DNA of 64,000 nt from Gammaproteobacteria bacterium. GTDB lineage: Bacteria; Pseudomonadota; Gammaproteobacteria; GCA-001735895. The notes under the pieces are model-generated. The model was not told where the DNA came from. It searched no databases and worked only from the letters and a program-made list of their open reading frames with translations. Each line of letters opens with the position of its first letter. Position 1 is the first letter of the stretch. Of the stretch, positions 1 through 10,261 are shown one piece after another. Where the stretch lies: NCBI GenBank assembly GCA_029862005.1, contig JAOTYD010000006.1, positions 5,758 to 69,757 of the forward strand. The letters are read 5' to 3'. The position numbers were made by a program, and so were the translations under genes.

Positions 1-264
1 CGACGCAATGTTAAGCGCCAGGCGCAGCAGTGTGGCAATCAGCAGAATGGTTGGAAATACGGTGAAATCGAGTGGACGCAGCGCGTACACCGACACCAGC
101 AACACCACCAGTGCGAATGTAATATTGAAGGTAAACAGCATGTCGAGCGCCATCGGTGGCAGCGGGATCACCACCATCGCCAGCATCATGATCACGATCA
201 GGGGTGCCGCAAAACCCTGGGGATTGAACCCCCTGAGTTGCGCGCTGAAAGTCTGGCCAGCCAT
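1..264 (-). CDS. flhA: Flagellar export gate FlhA, N-terminal part (runs off the window edge)
   Basis: My translation from ATG at 264: MAGQTFSAQ...LAMVVIPLPPMALDMLFTFNI...RPLDFTVFPTILLIATLLRLALNIAS, the typical FlhA N-terminus; directly follows flhB. Confidence 0.93.
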   Translation of the reverse strand, partial: MAGQTFSAQLRGFNPQGFAAPLIVIMMLAMVVIPLPPMALDMLFTFNITFALVVLLVSVYALRPLDFTVFPTILLIATLLRLALNIAS

Positions 265-329
265 TATCGTTTTACCCCGCCAGCCAGGATGCTGTTAGCG
301 CGGAGCGAAACCGTCAGTTTTAAATCCAT

Positions 330-1460
330 TTATACTTCCTCGTCGATCGGCGTATGGGGATCGGGGCGCTGCGGCAATTCGGTTCCTTGTTCACGCGCGA
401 TGCGCAACTGGAACACGAACGCGAGAATCTGCGCGACTGCGAAGTAAAGATGCGCCGGAATTTGCTGGTCAATCTTGCAGTTGGCGTAAAGCGCGCGCGC
501 CAGCGGCGGTGCTTCGAAAATCTCGATGCCGTGGAAAGCAGCAATTTCCCTGATCTTGAGTGCGACCAGGTTCCTACCCATGGCAAGCACGACCGGGGCC
601 GCCATGTTGTCATGATCGTACTTCAGCGCGACCGAATAATGTGTCGGGTTGGTAATGATAACGTCCGCATCCGGCACCGCTTCCATCATGCGGCGTTGTG
701 CCATCTCCTGCTGCACCTGGCGCACTTTCGACCTGACCTCGGGCTTACCCTCGGTATCTTTTAACTCATCGCGCACTTCCTGCAGCGTCATTTTCAGTTT
801 CTGCGAATGGTCCCAGAGCTGGAACGGAACGTCGATTGCGGCAATCAGTACCAATGTTGAAGACACCACCAGGAAACTCAGACCCAACAGCCAGGCGCCG
901 TTGAGCAGCGCCAGCGACAGCGACTGTGTCCCCAGGCCGATAAACTCCTCTGCCTTGCTCCATAAGAAGATGACCGCAACGCTCGACACCACCAGGAACT
1001 TGGCTACCGCCTTGATCAACTCCATCAGACCCTTGCTGGAAAACATGCGCTTGAAACCGGCAATCGGGCTGATACGTTCCGCCTTGAAAGCCATCGATTC
1101 GACGCTGAAAGACCAACCACCAATCGCCAACGGTGTGAAAATTGCGATCACCGTCATCAGGAACATGAATGGGCCGATCGCGGTCAACGCCTGTGCGGCT
1201 GCCATACCAAATTTTTCAAACACTGCCTGCTGCGAAAACACGTCAGCTCTCGAAATAGTGAATCCCTGCTGCATGAAAATCGTAATGTGTTCAATCATGT
1301 GTGAACCCATGAACAGCAGGCCGAGGGCCCCGAACACCATGATGGTCATGCTGTTGAGTTCTTTCGAGCGCGGTACCTGGCCCTTTTTCTTCGCATCACG
1401 AAGTTTCTTCGCCGTCGGCTGTTCCGTCTTTTCCTGACCGTTGTCGCTCTCTTGTGCCAT
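330..1460 (-). CDS. flhB: Flagellar export switch protein FlhB
   Basis: EKTEQPT..KL..A.KKGQVPRSKEL start; NPTH autocleavage motif. Confidence 0.97.
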   Translation of the reverse strand: MAQESDNGQEKTEQPTAKKLRDAKKKGQVPRSKELNSMTIMVFGALGLLFMGSHMIEHITIFMQQGFTISRADVFSQQAVFEKFGMAAAQALTAIGPFMFLMTVIAIFTPLAIGGWSFSVESMAFKAERISPIAGFKRMFSSKGLMELIKAVAKFLVVSSVAVIFLWSKAEEFIGLGTQSLSLALLNGAWLLGLSFLVVSSTLVLIAAIDVPFQLWDHSQKLKMTLQEVRDELKDTEGKPEVRSKVRQVQQEMAQRRMMEAVPDADVIITNPTHYSVALKYDHDNMAAPVVLAMGRNLVALKIREIAAFHGIEIFEAPPLARALYANCKIDQQIPAHLYFAVAQILAFVFQLRIAREQGTELPQRPDPHTPIDEEV

Positions 1461-1472
1461 ATCCGCTCAGCC

Positions 1473-2261
1473 TCAGGGTGCGACCATCGATTGCGACAGC
1501 CGCATGGCCTGCAACATCATCTGGTTGAAACGTGGCAGGAAACCGGGAATCACCAGCAGCAGGATGATAAATCCCATGAACATGGTGACTGGGAAACCCA
1601 CCGAAAATATGTTTAGCTGTGGTGCGGCACGAGTCATGACGCCCATCGACAACGTGATCACCAGCATCGAGATCAGCGCCGGAATTGCGACCCAGAGGGC
1701 ACCGATAAACATTTGACTGCCCCAGGAGATCAGTGCCCAGAAATTGTCACGCCCGACGCCGGTCGGTGAGATCGGCAGGCTTTCAAAGCTGCTCACGACC
1801 AGCTGGATCAGCATCAGGTGGCCGCCCAGGGCGAGAAACAACAGCGTGCCGATAATGATAAAGAACTGCGAAATCATCGGCACGTTGACGCCATTGGTCG
1901 GGTCGACCATCGATGCGAAACCGAGGCCCATACTCATCGCGATGGCTTCGCCGGCCATCATCAAGGCACCAAATACCAGCTGCATCGTGAAACCCATCGA
2001 CAGGCCGATCAGAATTTGCTGGGCGGAGACAAAAAGACCTTCGAGCGATAACGCTTCGACCTGTGGCATATCGGGCAGTAGCGGCAGCACCACCACGGAC
2101 AGAACCATGGTGATGATAATCTTGACGCGGGTGGGCACCAGGCGCGTACCGATCACCGGCATTGCAATAAACATCGAACCAATACGCATCATCGGCCAGA
2201 TCAGTGAGCCGACGAACGCGGTAGCCTGGGCGAAGCTGAAATCCATCGTCAAATCAACCAA
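1473..2261 (-). CDS. fliR: Flagellar export protein FliR (true start may be the ATG at about 2246)
   Basis: Hydrophobic protein; GLGFASMVDP and RAAPQLNIFSVGFP motifs. Confidence 0.95.
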   Translation of the reverse strand: MVDLTMDFSFAQATAFVGSLIWPMMRIGSMFIAMPVIGTRLVPTRVKIIITMVLSVVVLPLLPDMPQVEALSLEGLFVSAQQILIGLSMGFTMQLVFGALMMAGEAIAMSMGLGFASMVDPTNGVNVPMISQFFIIIGTLLFLALGGHLMLIQLVVSSFESLPISPTGVGRDNFWALISWGSQMFIGALWVAIPALISMLVITLSMGVMTRAAPQLNIFSVGFPVTMFMGFIILLLVIPGFLPRFNQMMLQAMRLSQSMVAP

Positions 2262-2523
2262 CCAGGCCCGGGATTCCGAGGTACAGGCGCCGGGTAAAGC
2301 TCAGCAGCAGGTTGAGCATCCAGGGTCCCGCGACCAGAATCGACAGCAGCAACACCATGAGCTTTGGGATAAAACTCAGCGTTTGTTCATTGATGGATGT
2401 GGCTGCCTGGAACATACCGATCAACAGGCCGATGGCAAGTGCCGAGAGCAGCATGGGCGCTGCGATCATTGCGATCACGTAAAGCGCTTGTTGTGACAGA
2501 TCGATAATCGTATCTGGCGTCAT
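2254..2523 (-). CDS. fliQ: Flagellar export protein FliQ
   Basis: 89 aa; FQAATSINEQTLSFIPK motif. Confidence 0.96.
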   Translation of the reverse strand: MTPDTIIDLSQQALYVIAMIAAPMLLSALAIGLLIGMFQAATSINEQTLSFIPKLMVLLLSILVAGPWMLNLLLSFTRRLYLGIPGLVG

Positions 2524-2525
2524 CG

Positions 2526-3269
2526 TCAGGCTCCCAGCAGAAAACTCGAGGCCAGGGTGCCCATGATCAGGGCCCAGCCGTCCACCAGTACGAATAACAT
2601 CAGTTTGAATGGCAGCGAGACGATCATCGGCGACAACATCATCATACCCATCGACATCAGCACGCTGGCGACAACCAGGTCGATAATGACGAAAGGAATG
2701 AAAATCAGGAATCCGATCTGAAACGCGGTCTTCAGTTCACTGGTAACGAAGGCTGGCATCAGTAGTGAAAAGGGTGTCTTGTCCGGGGATTCGATTTCGG
2801 TCACCCCGGCGATATCGGCAAACATGCGGATATCGGTTTCGCGCGTTTGTGCCAGCATAAAGGTCTTGAAGGGCTCGGTCGCGGCCATCATCGCATCCAT
2901 CGCCGATAGCGAACCGGCCAGATATGGCTGCATTGCGACCTCGTAAACCTGGTCGAATACCGGCGACATCACGAACAATGTCAGGAACAGCGCGAGACCC
3001 AGGATAATCTGGTTCGAGGGTGTTTGTGCAGTGCCCAGAGCCTGGCGCAGAATCGAAAGCACAATAATGATGCGGGTAAACGATGTCATCATCAGCAGGA
3101 TGGCGGGTAACAATGTCAGCATCGTCATCAGCGCCAGGATTTCGAGCGTCACCGTATAAGTCTGGCCGTCGCCATTGCCACCATCGATCGAAATGGCTGG
3201 AATACCGGCCGACTGTGCCTGTACCTCAGGCACCAGCAACATTAAAAAAAGAGCTAGCAGTAGCTTCAC
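2526..3269 (-). CDS. fliP: Flagellar export protein FliP
   Basis: [35 protein letters not shown] and [14 protein letters not shown] motifs. Confidence 0.97.
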   Translation of the reverse strand: MKLLLALFLMLLVPEVQAQSAGIPAISIDGGNGDGQTYTVTLEILALMTMLTLLPAILLMMTSFTRIIIVLSILRQALGTAQTPSNQIILGLALFLTLFVMSPVFDQVYEVAMQPYLAGSLSAMDAMMAATEPFKTFMLAQTRETDIRMFADIAGVTEIESPDKTPFSLLMPAFVTSELKTAFQIGFLIFIPFVIIDLVVASVLMSMGMMMLSPMIVSLPFKLMLFVLVDGWALIMGTLASSFLLGA

Positions 3270-3682
3270 GTGGACTCCCCGTCGCCCATGGCCCGGTTCA
3301 GTTTTGCAGCGAAAGTCGACGTCGCCGGCTGTCCTTCCGGCGCTTCCAGTGGATGAGCCATGGTATGGAGTTTTTCGATACGGCCCGGCGTCAGGCCAAC
3401 CAGTATCTGTTCTTCACCGATTTGCAGCAGCACGATTCGATCACGGGCGCCAATCGAAAGTCCCGCGATGATCCTGATCAACCCATTTTGTGACTGCTGG
3501 TTCAGATTGAATCGTTTAACCAGCCAGGCCAGTATCAGGATCGCCACAACGACCAGCAGCAGGCCACCTGTCAGTTTTAACAAGTACGGCGTTGACAGCG
3601 GTTCCAGTGGCGGCGCATCGAGTCGTGACTCTGCCAATGCCGCACTGGAAAGCAATCCGGTGAGTACAAACAACCAACGCAT
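3266..3682 (-). CDS. fliO: Flagellar protein FliO
   Basis: Single TM followed by [24 protein letters not shown]; lies between fliN and fliP. Confidence 0.9.
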   Translation of the reverse strand: MRWLFVLTGLLSSAALAESRLDAPPLEPLSTPYLLKLTGGLLLVVVAILILAWLVKRFNLNQQSQNGLIRIIAGLSIGARDRIVLLQIGEEQILVGLTPGRIEKLHTMAHPLEAPEGQPATSTFAAKLNRAMGDGEST

Positions 3683-4113
3683 CAGCGGAGATTCTTGATC
3701 CGGTCTGACGGGCTGACCACGTCAGTCAGGCGAATGCCAAATTTCTCGTTGACGACCACGACCTCGCCATGTGCCACGAGGGTGCCGTTGACGAGTACAT
3801 CCATCGGTTCGCCCGCGATTCGATCGAGTTCAACGATCGAACCCTGGTTCAACTGTAACAGGTTACGAATGCTGAGCTGGGTGCGCCCGATTTCCATCCC
3901 CACGGTAACCGGAATATCGAGGATGACGTCGAGCTTGACGTCACCTGATTCCGGATTCACGTTACTATTCAGATGCTTTGCCGCAACCTGCTGAAATTCG
4001 TCACCCTCCTTCGGTTGGGCAGTACCACTGTCGGCACTGGCCTCCTCCGTCGCGGTTTCCAATTCCTCGGCCAATCCGTCCTGGTCTACGGCCTGTTCTG
4101 TTTCGTTGCTCAT
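3682..4113 (-). CDS. fliN: C-ring protein FliN (start at ATG 4113, MSNETEQ)
   Basis: LDVILDIPV..GEPMDVLVNGTLVAHGEVVVVNEKFGIRL; GGAG upstream of 4113; the longer ORF-track start overlaps fliM. Confidence 0.95.
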   Translation of the reverse strand: MSNETEQAVDQDGLAEELETATEEASADSGTAQPKEGDEFQQVAAKHLNSNVNPESGDVKLDVILDIPVTVGMEIGRTQLSIRNLLQLNQGSIVELDRIAGEPMDVLVNGTLVAHGEVVVVNEKFGIRLTDVVSPSDRIKNLR

Positions 4114-4129
4114 ATTAGTCTCCTGCAGA

Positions 4130-5149
4130 CTATTCCTGGTGCGTAATTGCGTTTTTAATGTCTTCGTTATCCGGATCGTAAATTTCGATAACGTCTTCCA
4201 CCTTGATGGCTGCATTACCCTGGTGTTCACCAAACTGCCCACGGATAACCGGCATGTCTTCGGCCAGTAACAACACCTGCTCAGGCATATCGATCGGGAT
4301 AATGTCGCCGGCCCTGAAGTTAATCAGGTCAGAAAGCGGCACCTGTTTTTCGATAAACAGGGCCTGCATATTGATTTTGGCGTGCATCAATTCCTCCTTC
4401 AGAAGAATCGCCCAACGTTCGTCGATTTCACCATGATCGCTCTGCACGCCGGTATCGAGCAAGTTGCGGATAGGTTCAATCATCGAATAGGGGTAAACGA
4501 TCTGAATATCGCCGCCACCACCTTCGAGTTCAACATGAAAAGTGGAAACCACGATGACTTCGGTGGGACTGACGATGGTCGCCATCTGCGGATTCACTTC
4601 GTGATTGTGATAATTGAAATTAACGGACATGACCGGCTCCCAGGCCTTCACCAGGTCCCGAAAGCTGATATGTACAACCTTTTCGATAACCCTGAGTTCG
4701 GTACTGGTAAATTCGCGCGGCTCGATCTTTGTCTCGATGGTGCCGTCGCCACCAAAAAAGTTGTCGACCAGAATAAAGACCAGCTCGGGATTAAGTACGA
4801 TCAGGCCGGTGCCACGCAACGGCAACATTTTGATCATGCTGAGGCTGGTCGGCTGGTGCAAGGTCTGGATGTATTCGTTGAACTTGACCATCTCGATACC
4901 GGTTACCGATATTTCCGGAGACTTGCGCAACATGTCGAAAAAGCTGATGCGAAAGTAACGCGCGAAACGTTCGTTGATCATTTCGAGGGTCGGCAATCGG
5001 CCCCGAACGATACGTTCCTGGTTATTGAAATCGAAAGGATGGGCTTCACCGTCAAAACTGGCTTCATCGGGTGAGGTATCAATGACACCGTCATCAACAC
5101 CACCGAGCAGGGCATCAACTTCGTCCTGACTGAGAATGTCGTTACTCAA
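4130..5149 (-). CDS. fliM: C-ring protein FliM
   Basis: ILSQDEVDALL CheY-binding N-terminus; RLPTLEMINERFAR. Confidence 0.96.
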   Translation of the reverse strand: MSNDILSQDEVDALLGGVDDGVIDTSPDEASFDGEAHPFDFNNQERIVRGRLPTLEMINERFARYFRISFFDMLRKSPEISVTGIEMVKFNEYIQTLHQPTSLSMIKMLPLRGTGLIVLNPELVFILVDNFFGGDGTIETKIEPREFTSTELRVIEKVVHISFRDLVKAWEPVMSVNFNYHNHEVNPQMATIVSPTEVIVVSTFHVELEGGGGDIQIVYPYSMIEPIRNLLDTGVQSDHGEIDERWAILLKEELMHAKINMQALFIEKQVPLSDLINFRAGDIIPIDMPEQVLLLAEDMPVIRGQFGEHQGNAAIKVEDVIEIYDPDNEDIKNAITHQE

Positions 5150-5159
5150 GGTAATTTAC

Positions 5160-5660
5160 CTACTGCATGACAAAGCTGGTGAAAAAGACATTGTCGACTT
5201 CACCACCCGAACCGTGCTTGTTAATGACAGTCTGTACCGTTTCCAGTGCCGATTTTTGCAGGCGCTCCTTGCCTTCCGGGGCCCGCAGTTCGGCCGATTT
5301 CTGTTTTCCGAATAAAACGACCAGGTTGTTGCGAATCAGGGGCCTGTGCTTTTCCAGTTCTTCGGCAACGTCGTCGTCGAAGGTCAGTACCTGCATCGAA
5401 ATCTGCAGAAATCCAACCGGATCCTCAGGCGCAAGGTTTACCGTAAAGGCGGGCTTCAGGTCGATGTAGCTGGCATCGCCCCGGGAAACCTCTACTTCTT
5501 CCTCAACCTCGGCCTCGGCACTATCACCGCCCCCGACAATCAATAACGTGCCACCGACCGATCCGCCGATCAGCAAAACCACGCCCAGAATGATGAAAAT
5601 CAGTGTTTTTTTGCTGCCGCCAGTCGTTTCGGCTTCGCCCTGTTGCTCTTCTTCCGCCAT
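5160..5660 (-). CDS. fliL: Basal-body-associated protein FliL
   Basis: N-terminal TM; FTVNL; C-terminal VFFTSFVMQ. Confidence 0.93.
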   Translation of the reverse strand: MAEEEQQGEAETTGGSKKTLIFIILGVVLLIGGSVGGTLLIVGGGDSAEAEVEEEVEVSRGDASYIDLKPAFTVNLAPEDPVGFLQISMQVLTFDDDVAEELEKHRPLIRNNLVVLFGKQKSAELRAPEGKERLQKSALETVQTVINKHGSGGEVDNVFFTSFVMQ

Positions 5661-5696
5661 TTTGAGTTCCTGCCTGTTAACAGATATCTAAGCTTG

Positions 5697-5712
5697 AGCA
5701 ATTCCTGTGCCA
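5697..5712 (-). promoter_or_regulatory. sigma54 promoter of the fliL operon
   Basis: Minus strand TGGCACAGGAATTGCT matches the -24/-12 consensus; IHF-like TTTCAATAAGTTA at about 5731-5743 and GTC/GAC-bounded boxes further upstream. Confidence 0.85.
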
Positions 5713-6001
5713 ACTAATTTTGTTTAGGGTTTTCAATAAGTTAAAGGAATGGAATTTGAGATAGACAGTTTTTTGACAGTGTTTTCCGGTACAGAGACAA
5801 TAACTTGTCGGCAGTTTGGCCATGGTTTGTCGAAAAGCCCGGGACAGGCCCGTAAATGTGACGCTTCAGGGCGTCATCCGGGCATGGGCACAGCACTTAT
5901 CCGGGGCCCTGGAACGATGCCAGGATTTAAAATTTTCTGCTGAACGGGGATGACCCTGAAACTAAAAAAATTGCGGCGCGCACGCCGCAATAAGGGGGTA
6001 A

Positions 6002-7639
6002 TCAGGCGAAGGTGTCGACAATGCCCTCGCCAATGAAATAACTGGCCTGATCTCGCTCCCTCTGCTCGAGAGCCTGTTCCTGCTGGGATTCATCCTGCTG
6101 CTCGGCCTCCGCATTGAAAGTCGAATTTGAACGCTGCTGCTGGTCATGACGCTGCGAAACATCGACGTTCACGTTCTGATAGCCACTTTCCTGTAGAAAA
6201 TCACGCAGTCGAACCGAGGCGGTTTCGATCAGCTCGCGAGTGTGTGCATGCTGTGTCAGAAAGCTTACCGTGGTTGCATCGTCAGCGATCTTTACGTGAA
6301 CATCGAGCTTACCCAGGAATGGTGGATCGAGTCGAATCGTTGCCGTATTCTGCTTCTGGTTAATCATCCAGTTGACACGTTCACTTAACCCGTTGCTCCA
6401 TTCGGTCGCATCTGCGTTGCGCGGTAGTGTCAATGTCTCGAGATGGGGCGGTAAGGCGCTCGACTGGGTGCCCGGTGTCAGCACATGGGGTAACACCGAA
6501 ACCGACTGGAGCGCGCTCGCAGACGGGGTGATCGTTGACTGCTGCAGGTTTGCGGACTGCTGTGCCATGATATCGGGATTACGATATTCAGCGCTGCCCG
6601 GCATATCACGCGCAGTCGCGGGGCCAGGGAGCGGAATTTTCTCTCCGGCCATCAAGGTCCTGTCCAACGCCTTTTCCCGCGCAGGAACCGATTCCATGGT
6701 TAGGTTTTCCCGGAGTCCTTTTAACACGCGTTGAGTATCGTCGAGTTGATCTTCACCGACCATTGCGAGCACCGATGCCGAAGGTTGCGGTGCCGCTCCC
6801 AACGATCGTTCAGATTGAGGTAAAGCCACCGCAGTTCTGAAGTCGACATTACGCATCACTTCAGCCGCGCCAGGTTGCCTGGTTTCGGGAACGGGTTTTA
6901 CCTCCGCCAATAAATCTCTCGCGATGAACTGACTGGACTCAGGATCAACAGGCCTGGGTATCGAGATAGCCTGTGCCGATTCGCGTGTGAGCGCGGATTT
7001 ATTCATCACCGACACGAAATCCGCAGCAGGGGATATTGTCTCCGATGCCGCGTTAATAGCCGCGGAAAGCGTCTCTAGCTTGCCTGACTGCGGGGCTGCT
7101 GCCGACAAAGCGACTTGTGGCTTGAGTTCGGAGGGAGCGCCTTTAAGCGTATCGGAAACACCGGCGGCGGGGGCGGTCATATTTTTGGACATGCCTCGCT
7201 GCGCTATATCAAGCGCGGCATTAACCGGCAAACTCTTTCCGCCAGCTGGCAATGTTTCTCCCGTCTTACCGTCTACCAGCGCATTCGTTACCGCTTCTGA
7301 GCCGAGTTTTAACACCGGCAATCCAACGCGCTCAATAAGCTCTGTCGCTGCCTTGACAGCCAGATTGGTATTGATGGGAGTCGAGGTCGGATCTGGCAGT
7401 AAGTTTTCGTCACTGCTGCTACCGGGCGACAGCTCCGGGATTGATCTGGAGGCATCCGAAAGAGTTGGAATCTTATCTAAAAAGTCTTTAATATCAATAT
7501 CTTGGGTTTCTTTACCAGGCGCCACGGGAAACTGCTGAGAAAACAATCCGGCAAAGCTGTCCGCGTCAGCCTGCGGGGCCAGGGGTAATTCCTGCTGGTC
7601 CAGCGTGAGCGAGCTTATGTCGGTCAGCAATATATTCAT
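6002..7639 (-). CDS. fliK: Hook-length control protein FliK
   Basis: Low-complexity Pro/Ala/Ser N-terminus; C-terminal IRLDPPFLGKLDVHV domain and Gln-rich tail. Confidence 0.88.
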   Translation of the reverse strand: MNILLTDISSLTLDQQELPLAPQADADSFAGLFSQQFPVAPGKETQDIDIKDFLDKIPTLSDASRSIPELSPGSSSDENLLPDPTSTPINTNLAVKAATELIERVGLPVLKLGSEAVTNALVDGKTGETLPAGGKSLPVNAALDIAQRGMSKNMTAPAAGVSDTLKGAPSELKPQVALSAAAPQSGKLETLSAAINAASETISPAADFVSVMNKSALTRESAQAISIPRPVDPESSQFIARDLLAEVKPVPETRQPGAAEVMRNVDFRTAVALPQSERSLGAAPQPSASVLAMVGEDQLDDTQRVLKGLRENLTMESVPAREKALDRTLMAGEKIPLPGPATARDMPGSAEYRNPDIMAQQSANLQQSTITPSASALQSVSVLPHVLTPGTQSSALPPHLETLTLPRNADATEWSNGLSERVNWMINQKQNTATIRLDPPFLGKLDVHVKIADDATTVSFLTQHAHTRELIETASVRLRDFLQESGYQNVNVDVSQRHDQQQRSNSTFNAEAEQQDESQQEQALEQRERDQASYFIGEGIVDTFA

Positions 7640-7697
7640 CTAGTCATCCAGTCCATGTATTGATCGGAGCGCTTGTCGAGCCATTGCAGGAACTGAA

Positions 7698-7713
7698 TGC
7701 ATCATGCGTGCCA
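7698..7713 (-). promoter_or_regulatory. sigma54 promoter of fliK
   Basis: Minus strand TGGCACGCATGATGCA (GG-N10-GC). Confidence 0.75.
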
Positions 7714-7730
7714 GTTTTTGTTAAATCGAG

Positions 7731-8165
7731 CTAGCGACGGTTGAATTTGCGTTGCGCGAATTCGTCGAGCGCCTTCTGCTCTTTACGCGCCTGCTCTGCA
7801 GACTCCTGCTGTTGCAGCTTTTCGACTACCTTGTGCATCTTCTTGGAATCGACGCGCATGACATTCCAGATTTCGCGCTTTTGTTCCAGTTCCTGGCGAC
7901 GCAATGCGACCACTTCGATCTGGCGTTCAATAGTCTGATCGAGTTGCTGCATAAACCGGTTGAACTCCTGCAGTTCGTGCGGGGTGAAGACACCAATGTC
8001 ATACTTTTTCTTTTGCAGGTATTCAAGCTTGTAGTCCTGCAGCTGGGCCTGTCGGGCTATCTCCGTGTCGAGCAGGTTCTGGCTCACGGCAACTTCCTGC
8101 AGGGCCCGCTGTTCCTTCTTATCGGTATGCTTAACCACCGGGTGCAAACGTTGGGCGCGAGTCAT
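7731..8165 (-). CDS. fliJ: Flagellar export protein FliJ
   Basis: 144-aa coiled coil ending EQKALDEFA; follows fliI. Confidence 0.9.
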   Translation of the reverse strand: MTRAQRLHPVVKHTDKKEQRALQEVAVSQNLLDTEIARQAQLQDYKLEYLQKKKYDIGVFTPHELQEFNRFMQQLDQTIERQIEVVALRRQELEQKREIWNVMRVDSKKMHKVVEKLQQQESAEQARKEQKALDEFAQRKFNRR

Positions 8166-8168
8166 CGT

Positions 8169-9593
8169 TTACCCAACCTCTGCCCTGCTCAACTGCCGCT
8201 CCACCAGGGCATCAACTGCCTGCGGCTGGTTTTCATCTCCAGACTTGCTCAATACTTCGGCCAGCTCGGTGCGGCTGCTTTCAAAACTCACTGAATGATT
8301 CATATTCTGGGTAATGAAGTCGATCAGGTCAGGTTGCATTCGGATCGCGCGATCGATTGCCGGATCAGATCCCTGCTGGTAAGCCCCAACGTTTATCAAG
8401 TCACGATTTTGCTGGTAGAGACTGTAAATACCCTTGAAATTCTGCGTCAAGCCCATGTGCTCGGGGGTTGTGATCTGGGGTGTCAATCGACTAATCGAGG
8501 ATTCGATATCGATCGCAGGATAGATACCTGTTTCCGCCAAAGCACGAGACAGTACAATATGCCCGTCAAGTATGGCGCGGGCCGCATCCGCGATCGGATC
8601 GGCGTGATCGTCACCCTCGACGAGGATCGTGTAAAACGCCGTAATCGAACCCGAATTCTGCGCACCGTTCCCGGCCCTTTCGACCAGCTGGGGGAGGCGG
8701 GCGAAGACCGATGGTGGGTAACCCTTGGTTGCCGGCGGCTCACCAATGGCAAGGGCAATTTCACGTTGCGCCTGCGCAAATCGGGTGAGCGAATCCATCA
8801 GCAGGAGCACATTTTTCCCCTGGTCACGAAAGTACTCAGCAATACTGGTTGCCTGCATCGCACCGTGGATTCGCATTAGCGGCGACGAGTCAGCCGGCGC
8901 GGCCACGACGACGGCCTTGCGCAAACCCTGCTGGCCCAGGATTTCCTGCACAAACTCCTTCACTTCTCGTCCGCGTTCACCGATCAACCCGACCACCACG
9001 ATATCGGCCTCGGTATAGCGGGTCATCATTCCGAGTAAAACCGATTTTCCGACACCGCTGCCGGCAAATAATCCCATGCGTTGACCCCGGCCGATCGGAA
9101 ATAGCGCGTTTATTGCACGTACACCAACGTCAAGTTCTTCATGGATCGGTGTACGCATCAACGGATTGATTTCCTTGCCCTGCAGCGGATATTTCTGGTG
9201 AGCACGCAGCGGTCCCTTGTCATCGAGTGGCCTGCCACGTCCGTCGATTACGCGGCCCAGTAATTCCGGGCCGGTGAGGACGTCGGATCCCTGTCGCATC
9301 GGGATCACCCGGGCATTCGGTACCAGTCCACGAACTTCCGCGGTCGGCATCAGGTATAGACTGTCGCCGGAGAATCCGACCACCTCGGTCTCCACTCTGT
9401 CACCACTTGAATTGACCACATCACAACGCGCCCCGGTCGGCGCCTGGCAGCCAATCGCTTCGAGCGTCAACCCTACCATACGTGTCAGCACGCCTTCGAC
9501 AACTGGACTACCCACATGCCTGGATTCGCTCGCAGTTCGTTGCAGTGACTTCATCCAGCCCGAGGTTGCCTTCTGGATCAGCGGGTGCGGCAT
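8169..9593 (-). CDS. fliI: Flagellar export ATPase FliI
   Basis: Walker A AGSGVGKS; LLMDSLTRFAQAQREI; GEPPATKGYPPS. Confidence 0.97.
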   Translation of the reverse strand: MPHPLIQKATSGWMKSLQRTASESRHVGSPVVEGVLTRMVGLTLEAIGCQAPTGARCDVVNSSGDRVETEVVGFSGDSLYLMPTAEVRGLVPNARVIPMRQGSDVLTGPELLGRVIDGRGRPLDDKGPLRAHQKYPLQGKEINPLMRTPIHEELDVGVRAINALFPIGRGQRMGLFAGSGVGKSVLLGMMTRYTEADIVVVGLIGERGREVKEFVQEILGQQGLRKAVVVAAPADSSPLMRIHGAMQATSIAEYFRDQGKNVLLLMDSLTRFAQAQREIALAIGEPPATKGYPPSVFARLPQLVERAGNGAQNSGSITAFYTILVEGDDHADPIADAARAILDGHIVLSRALAETGIYPAIDIESSISRLTPQITTPEHMGLTQNFKGIYSLYQQNRDLINVGAYQQGSDPAIDRAIRMQPDLIDFITQNMNHSVSFESSRTELAEVLSKSGDENQPQAVDALVERQLSRAEVG

Positions 9594-10207
9594 TAATCCT
9601 GCTCCCTTTCACCACCCAGAACCGAAGCAGCAAGCGCGGAAAGTCGATTTTCGAGGGTCGCATTAATTGCCGATGGCGCAGCATTAATCTCGAATCCACC
9701 ACGCGTTATCATCGGATCTTCAACCAGTTTCCAGTTATGTTCCTCGTCACTGGTTTCGATCGACAATGCACTGCGAACAAGGTTGGCGTCCTCGGGATGC
9801 AATACGATCGAAATATTACGCTGATTGCCGGGTAGCAGCCGCACCGAGTCTCGAATCAAACCGATAATTTCACCTGGCTCCAACTTCAGTTCGCGCCGCA
9901 CCAGTTGCTGCGCCAGGGTTACCGCCAGTTGGGTTAACTGGTGCTCGATATCCTCGTTCAACGCCTGCAGGGGATGTTCAAAAAAATCAATCAACTGCAA
10001 TAACTGCTGCTGCAGCTCATGGGTTTCCTGTCGGGCGCGCACCAGCCCCTGCTGGTAGCCCTCTTCCTCGGCCTGCGCCATCCATTGATCGAGGTCTTCG
10101 GCCGTGGGAATGGAAGCTTCATTTTGTTCACGATGACGAACCACGCGACTAGGATCGGCATCCATTACCGGCACGCGCCATTTTTCGACTTCTTTGTCAG
10201 TCATCAT
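9593..10207 (-). CDS. fliH: Flagellar assembly protein FliH
   Basis: AEEEGYQQG repeat-like segment; LHPED; DPMITRGG; lies between fliG and fliI. Confidence 0.9.
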   Translation of the reverse strand: MMTDKEVEKWRVPVMDADPSRVVRHREQNEASIPTAEDLDQWMAQAEEEGYQQGLVRARQETHELQQQLLQLIDFFEHPLQALNEDIEHQLTQLAVTLAQQLVRRELKLEPGEIIGLIRDSVRLLPGNQRNISIVLHPEDANLVRSALSIETSDEEHNWKLVEDPMITRGGFEINAAPSAINATLENRLSALAASVLGGEREQD

Positions 10208-10261
10208 TCCGGGTTTACCTGTTTCGTTATTTTTATTGGTCCAGCGCCAGCAACTGCCCGC